Part shown: positions 60,490 to 64,000 of the stretch, in pieces
How the letters are laid out: every line of letters starts with the position of its first letter
Numbering within the stretch: the first letter of the stretch is position 1
Assembly (NCBI GenBank): GCA_963737905.1
Contig: CAVTUQ010000028.1
Location: forward strand, 182,942-246,941
Length of the DNA stretch: 64,000 nt
Reading direction: 5' to 3'
From: an uncultured delta proteobacterium
GTDB lineage: Bacteria > Desulfobacterota > Binatia > UBA9968
The notes under the pieces: generated by a model
Told to the model about the DNA's origin: nothing
The model's database searches: none
What the model saw: only the letters and a program-made list of their open reading frames with translations
Made by a program: the position numbers and the translations under genes

Positions 60490-62112
60490 CTACGCGCAGA
60501 TTTGCCGGAAGAAGTCGTTGCCCTTATCGTCGACCAGGATAAACGCCGGAAAATCCTCCACCTCAATCTTCCAGATCGCTTCCATGCCGAGCTCCGGATA
60601 CTCGTGCACTTCGACCTTTTTGATGTTTTCCTTTGCCAGAATCGCCGCCGGGCCGCCGATAGAGCCGAGGTAAAAGCCGCCATACTTCTTACACGCGTCA
60701 GTAACCTGCTGGCTGCGATTGCCCTTCGCCAAGGTGATCATGGAACCGCCGTGCGATTGGAACAGGTCTACATATGAATCCATGCGGCCAGCAGTGGTCG
60801 GACCGAAAGATCCAGACGGCATGCCCGTGGGCGTCTTGGCAGGACCCGCATAGTAGACCGGATGATCCTTTAAATACTGCGGTAGTCCCTCGCCTTTGTC
60901 CAAGCGTTCCTTGAGCTTTGCGTGGGCGATGTCCCGCGCAACGATCATGGTACCGGTGAGGGCAAGCTGGGTAGTAACAGGATATTGGGTCAGCTGCGCG
61001 AGGATCTCTACCATCGGCCGATTGAGGTCGACCTTGACCACGTTGCTGGAAACCTTACCGCGGAATTCCTCGGGGATGAGCCGTCCGGGTTCCCGCTCCA
61101 GTTGCTCGAGCCAAATCCCGTCGCGGTTGATCTTCGCCTTTATATTGCGATCCGCCGAACAGGAAACGCCCATTCCTACCGGACAAGAAGCGCCGTGACG
61201 CGGCAAGCGAACGATCCGTACGTCCAGAGCAAAGTACTTGCCGCCGAACTGCGCGCCGTAACCAGACTTGTAAGCAGCCTGGAGCATCTTCTCTTCCGTT
61301 TCTACATCACGGAAAGCACGTCCCAGGGCGTTGCCTGACGTAGGTAGATGATCGAGGTAACCTGCGGTGGCCAGTTTCACAGTCTTCAGACAAGCTTCGG
61401 CTGAAGTTCCACCAATAACAAAAACCAGATGGTAGGGCGGACAACCGGCCGTCCCCAAGGTTTTCATCTTTTCGGTAAGAAACTTTTCCAGACTCGCCGG
61501 ATTCAACAGCGCTTTGGTCTCTTGATAGAGAGAAGTCTTGTTCGCCGAGCCGCCGCCTTTAGTGACGAACAGAAACTGGTACTCCGTTCCTTCCGTGGCC
61601 ATGAGATCGATCTGTGCCGGCAGATTCGTGCCCGTATCAACCTCGTCGTACATGTTCAGCGGCGCGGTCTGGGAATAACGCAGGTTTTCCTCCGTATAGG
61701 TTTTGTAAATCCCCTTTGCGAGATACTCTTCATCCTTCACTCCCGTCCAAACCTGCTGGCCCTTTTTGCCGAACACCGTAGCCGTACCGGTGTCCTGGCA
61801 GAACGGGAGGATTCCCTTGGATGAGGTGTCCGCGTTGCGCAACATGGCCAACGCCACGTAGCGGTCGTTGTCCGAGGCCTGCGGATCTTTCAGGATCGCC
61901 GCTACCTTTTGTAGATGGGGAGTCCGCAGCAAAAACGAAACGTCTCGGATCGCTTCATTGGCAAGCAACGTCAGCCCTTCCGGGTCGATCTTCAAAATGT
62001 CGTTACCGTCAAACTTCGTCAACGAGACATGCTCCTTGGTCAGAAGACGGTAGGGCGTATCGTCTTTGCTCAGGGGAAACGGGTCTTGATAAACAAATTC
62101 AGGGGTTGCCAT
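60490..62112 (-). CDS. fumA: Class I fumarate hydratase
   Basis: [56 protein letters not shown]. Confidence 0.93.
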   Translation of the reverse strand: MATPEFVYQDPFPLSKDDTPYRLLTKEHVSLTKFDGNDILKIDPEGLTLLANEAIRDVSFLLRTPHLQKVAAILKDPQASDNDRYVALAMLRNADTSSKGILPFCQDTGTATVFGKKGQQVWTGVKDEEYLAKGIYKTYTEENLRYSQTAPLNMYDEVDTGTNLPAQIDLMATEGTEYQFLFVTKGGGSANKTSLYQETKALLNPASLEKFLTEKMKTLGTAGCPPYHLVFVIGGTSAEACLKTVKLATAGYLDHLPTSGNALGRAFRDVETEEKMLQAAYKSGYGAQFGGKYFALDVRIVRLPRHGASCPVGMGVSCSADRNIKAKINRDGIWLEQLEREPGRLIPEEFRGKVSSNVVKVDLNRPMVEILAQLTQYPVTTQLALTGTMIVARDIAHAKLKERLDKGEGLPQYLKDHPVYYAGPAKTPTGMPSGSFGPTTAGRMDSYVDLFQSHGGSMITLAKGNRSQQVTDACKKYGGFYLGSIGGPAAILAKENIKKVEVHEYPELGMEAIWKIEVEDFPAFILVDDKGNDFFRQICA

Positions 62113-62224
62113 AAGCCTTACCTCACTTATCAGAATCGTACTGAAAAAAACTCAATTTGTCGATGCGCCGAACCATTGACACAACCGGCCTAATTCTAAT
62201 AATTCTGCGGCAGGCGGAGGATTC

Positions 62225-63217
62225 ATGAAACAATTAGCGATTAGCATCTTGGTCGTAGGTTTTTTCTTGAACGGGAACATCCGCAGTTTTGCCCAAACTC
62301 AAGAACAGCTCATCGGAGGCGCCAAGAAAGAAGGGAAGCTGGTCGTCTATGCTTCGGCAACCGCACCGCAGCTACAGATGTACTTCGCGGCGTTCAACAA
62401 GAAGTACCCGTTCATCAAGACGGAATTCTTTCGCACCGGCAAACAGAAGCTCGTAACGAAGATACTGTTCGAAGAAAAGGCCAAGCAGCACATCGCGGAT
62501 ATCATCCACACCAGCGTGATCGAAACGAACATTCTGAAAAAGCGCGGCGCTTTGAGCCGCTACATTCCGAAGGAAGCCGCTTCCTATCCCAGCCAGTACA
62601 AAGATCCGGAGGGCTACTGGACGTCGGCTTATGCCAGCGGCACTCTTCTGGGATTCAACAGTCGCCAGGTCAACCGTGCCGAGGCGCCGAAGACTTACGA
62701 GGATCTATTGAATCCCCGCTGGAAGAACGCGATTGCCATTGACTCGAACAAGATCGAATGGTTCGCCATGTTACTCAAGCTCAAAGGCCGGCCGTTTATG
62801 GAGAAACTGGCCGCGCAATCGCCCACATTACGGGACGGCAACACGCTTGTCTTACAACTGTTGGCCGCAGGCGAGTTTCCGGTCGCAGCAGGAGTTTATG
62901 AATACTCGGTCGAGGACATGAAACAAAAAGGCGCGCCGGTGGATTGGATCGGCTTGGAGCCCGTGATCACCTATACCGTCGCCGTCTCCCTCCCCTCTCA
63001 ACCTCCCCGCCCGTTTGCGGCTAAGCTTTTTATTGAATGGTTGTTGTCAAAAGAAGGCCAGGAAGTCGTTAACCAGTATGGGCGGGTGCCGATTCGTGAT
63101 GACGTTGAATCGCGCTACGGCAAGATTCTCAAGCAACACAAACTGCTGATGACCGACGTCGACTTGGGTCAAAGAGAAGTTGAAGTAAACGAGACGTTTC
63201 GGAAGCTATTTCAGTGA
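62225..63217 (+). CDS. Extracellular solute-binding protein (Fe3+ clan)
   Basis: AKKEGKLVVY, F..KYPFI, PKTYEDLL.P.WK, AAKLFIEWLLSKEGQ. Confidence 0.88.
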   Translation: MKQLAISILVVGFFLNGNIRSFAQTQEQLIGGAKKEGKLVVYASATAPQLQMYFAAFNKKYPFIKTEFFRTGKQKLVTKILFEEKAKQHIADIIHTSVIETNILKKRGALSRYIPKEAASYPSQYKDPEGYWTSAYASGTLLGFNSRQVNRAEAPKTYEDLLNPRWKNAIAIDSNKIEWFAMLLKLKGRPFMEKLAAQSPTLRDGNTLVLQLLAAGEFPVAAGVYEYSVEDMKQKGAPVDWIGLEPVITYTVAVSLPSQPPRPFAAKLFIEWLLSKEGQEVVNQYGRVPIRDDVESRYGKILKQHKLLMTDVDLGQREVEVNETFRKLFQ

Positions 63218-63277
63218 GGGTTCGTTAGCTTAACGGTTTGCTAGTGGCCGATCTGATGCGTCGAGTTCGAGAAATTC

Positions 63278-63352
63278 CACGGAGGCGCGGAGCGCGAAGA
63301 GCAAGAAGGTCTTGCTCAGAAATATTCGTCTCTGTGACTGCGCATCTCTGCG
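63278..63352. repeat. 9-mer-type inverted repeat
   Basis: cacggaggcgcggagcgcgaagag...ctctgtgactgcgcatctctgcgg. Confidence 0.6.
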
Positions 63353-63398
63353 GGAAGTAAGGCTTGACTTCCTTGCGGTACTGCCCGTACCTACTTTC

Positions 63399-64000
63399 AT
63401 GACTATCCAGCAACTTCACACTTACTGCGCCATGTGCATTTCCAGATGCGGCGTCGTGGCGACGGTCGAGGACGGGCGATTGACGAAGGTCAATGCCGAT
63501 CCCGCGCATCCAAACGGCTGTATCTGCGTCAAGGGAACCGCCGCCCCCGAAATCGTTTACTCTCCTGACCGCCTCCGCTGTCCGATGAAGCGCACACGAC
63601 TCAAAGGAGACTCCGATCCCGGTTGGGTGGCCATCTCGTGGGACGAGGCCATGGAGCTAACCGCTTCGCGCCTCTTGGACGTCAAAGCGAGATTTGGCCC
63701 GGAAGCGGTGGTCTTTGGCATGGGAACATCTTCAGGAAGCAGTATCTCCGATGCAGCCCGCTGGCTCGAGCGTTTGGCCAACGCTTTTGGTAGCCCTAAT
63801 TTCATGGCTCCTGTCTATATTTGCAACTGGAACCGGGAGTGGGGATCCCATTACACATACGGTGTAGCAACCCCGCCGCCAGACTACGACAACTCCCGGT
63901 GCATTCTCCTCTGGGGCTTCAACCCTCACTCATCATGGCCCGCCGCCGCTGCAAGAATCAGTCGCGCCAAAGCTGCCGGTGCCAAACTTATTGTCGTCGA
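63399..64000 (+). CDS. Molybdopterin oxidoreductase catalytic subunit, N-terminal part (runs off the window)
   Basis: Manual translation MTIQQLHTYCAMCISRCG...GCICVKG...SPDRL..P...ISWDEA...FGSPN...ILLWG.NP. Confidence 0.88.
   Translation, partial: MTIQQLHTYCAMCISRCGVVATVEDGRLTKVNADPAHPNGCICVKGTAAPEIVYSPDRLRCPMKRTRLKGDSDPGWVAISWDEAMELTASRLLDVKARFGPEAVVFGMGTSSGSSISDAARWLERLANAFGSPNFMAPVYICNWNREWGSHYTYGVATPPPDYDNSRCILLWGFNPHSSWPAAAARISRAKAAGAKLIVV

Overview
Bacterial chromosomal window with no phage structural genes, integrase, transposase, CRISPR array or intact RNA gene. The gene content (GAF histidine kinase, many solute-binding proteins, amidohydrolases) resembles Binatota/deltaproteobacterial genomes, which is inference only. 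1-29027: a minus-strand surface-polysaccharide operon (CHASE2 adenylate cyclase, FecR-domain protein, OM beta-barrel, short OPX/Wza, Wzc-like co-polymerase plus tyrosine kinase, O-antigen-ligase-TPR protein, Wzm/Wzt, then glycosyl- and methyltransferases, many of them broken, and a Wzy-like polymerase). 29-47 kb: accessory patchwork (TA modules and remnants, tRNA-Phe 3' remnant, PrpD-like, NitT/TauT ABC, frameshifted GAF kinase, small orphans). 47-64 kb: a catabolic/transport operon, class I fumarase, an SBP and a partial molybdopterin oxidoreductase. The main candidate novel system: gene junctions of the polysaccharide operon are filled with degenerate 7-nt tandem repeats arranged as inverted arms that start next to the upstream stop codon and end next to the downstream start codon. 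The arms enclose (i) a four-helix-bundle (IVS/Avd-like) gene, each with its own heptamer type, (ii) a nested 3.4-kb stack of mostly intact antitoxins whose toxins are cut off at the repeats, or (iii) nothing (empty hairpins, one in frame inside wzt). The arrangement is seen directly; its function is inferred.
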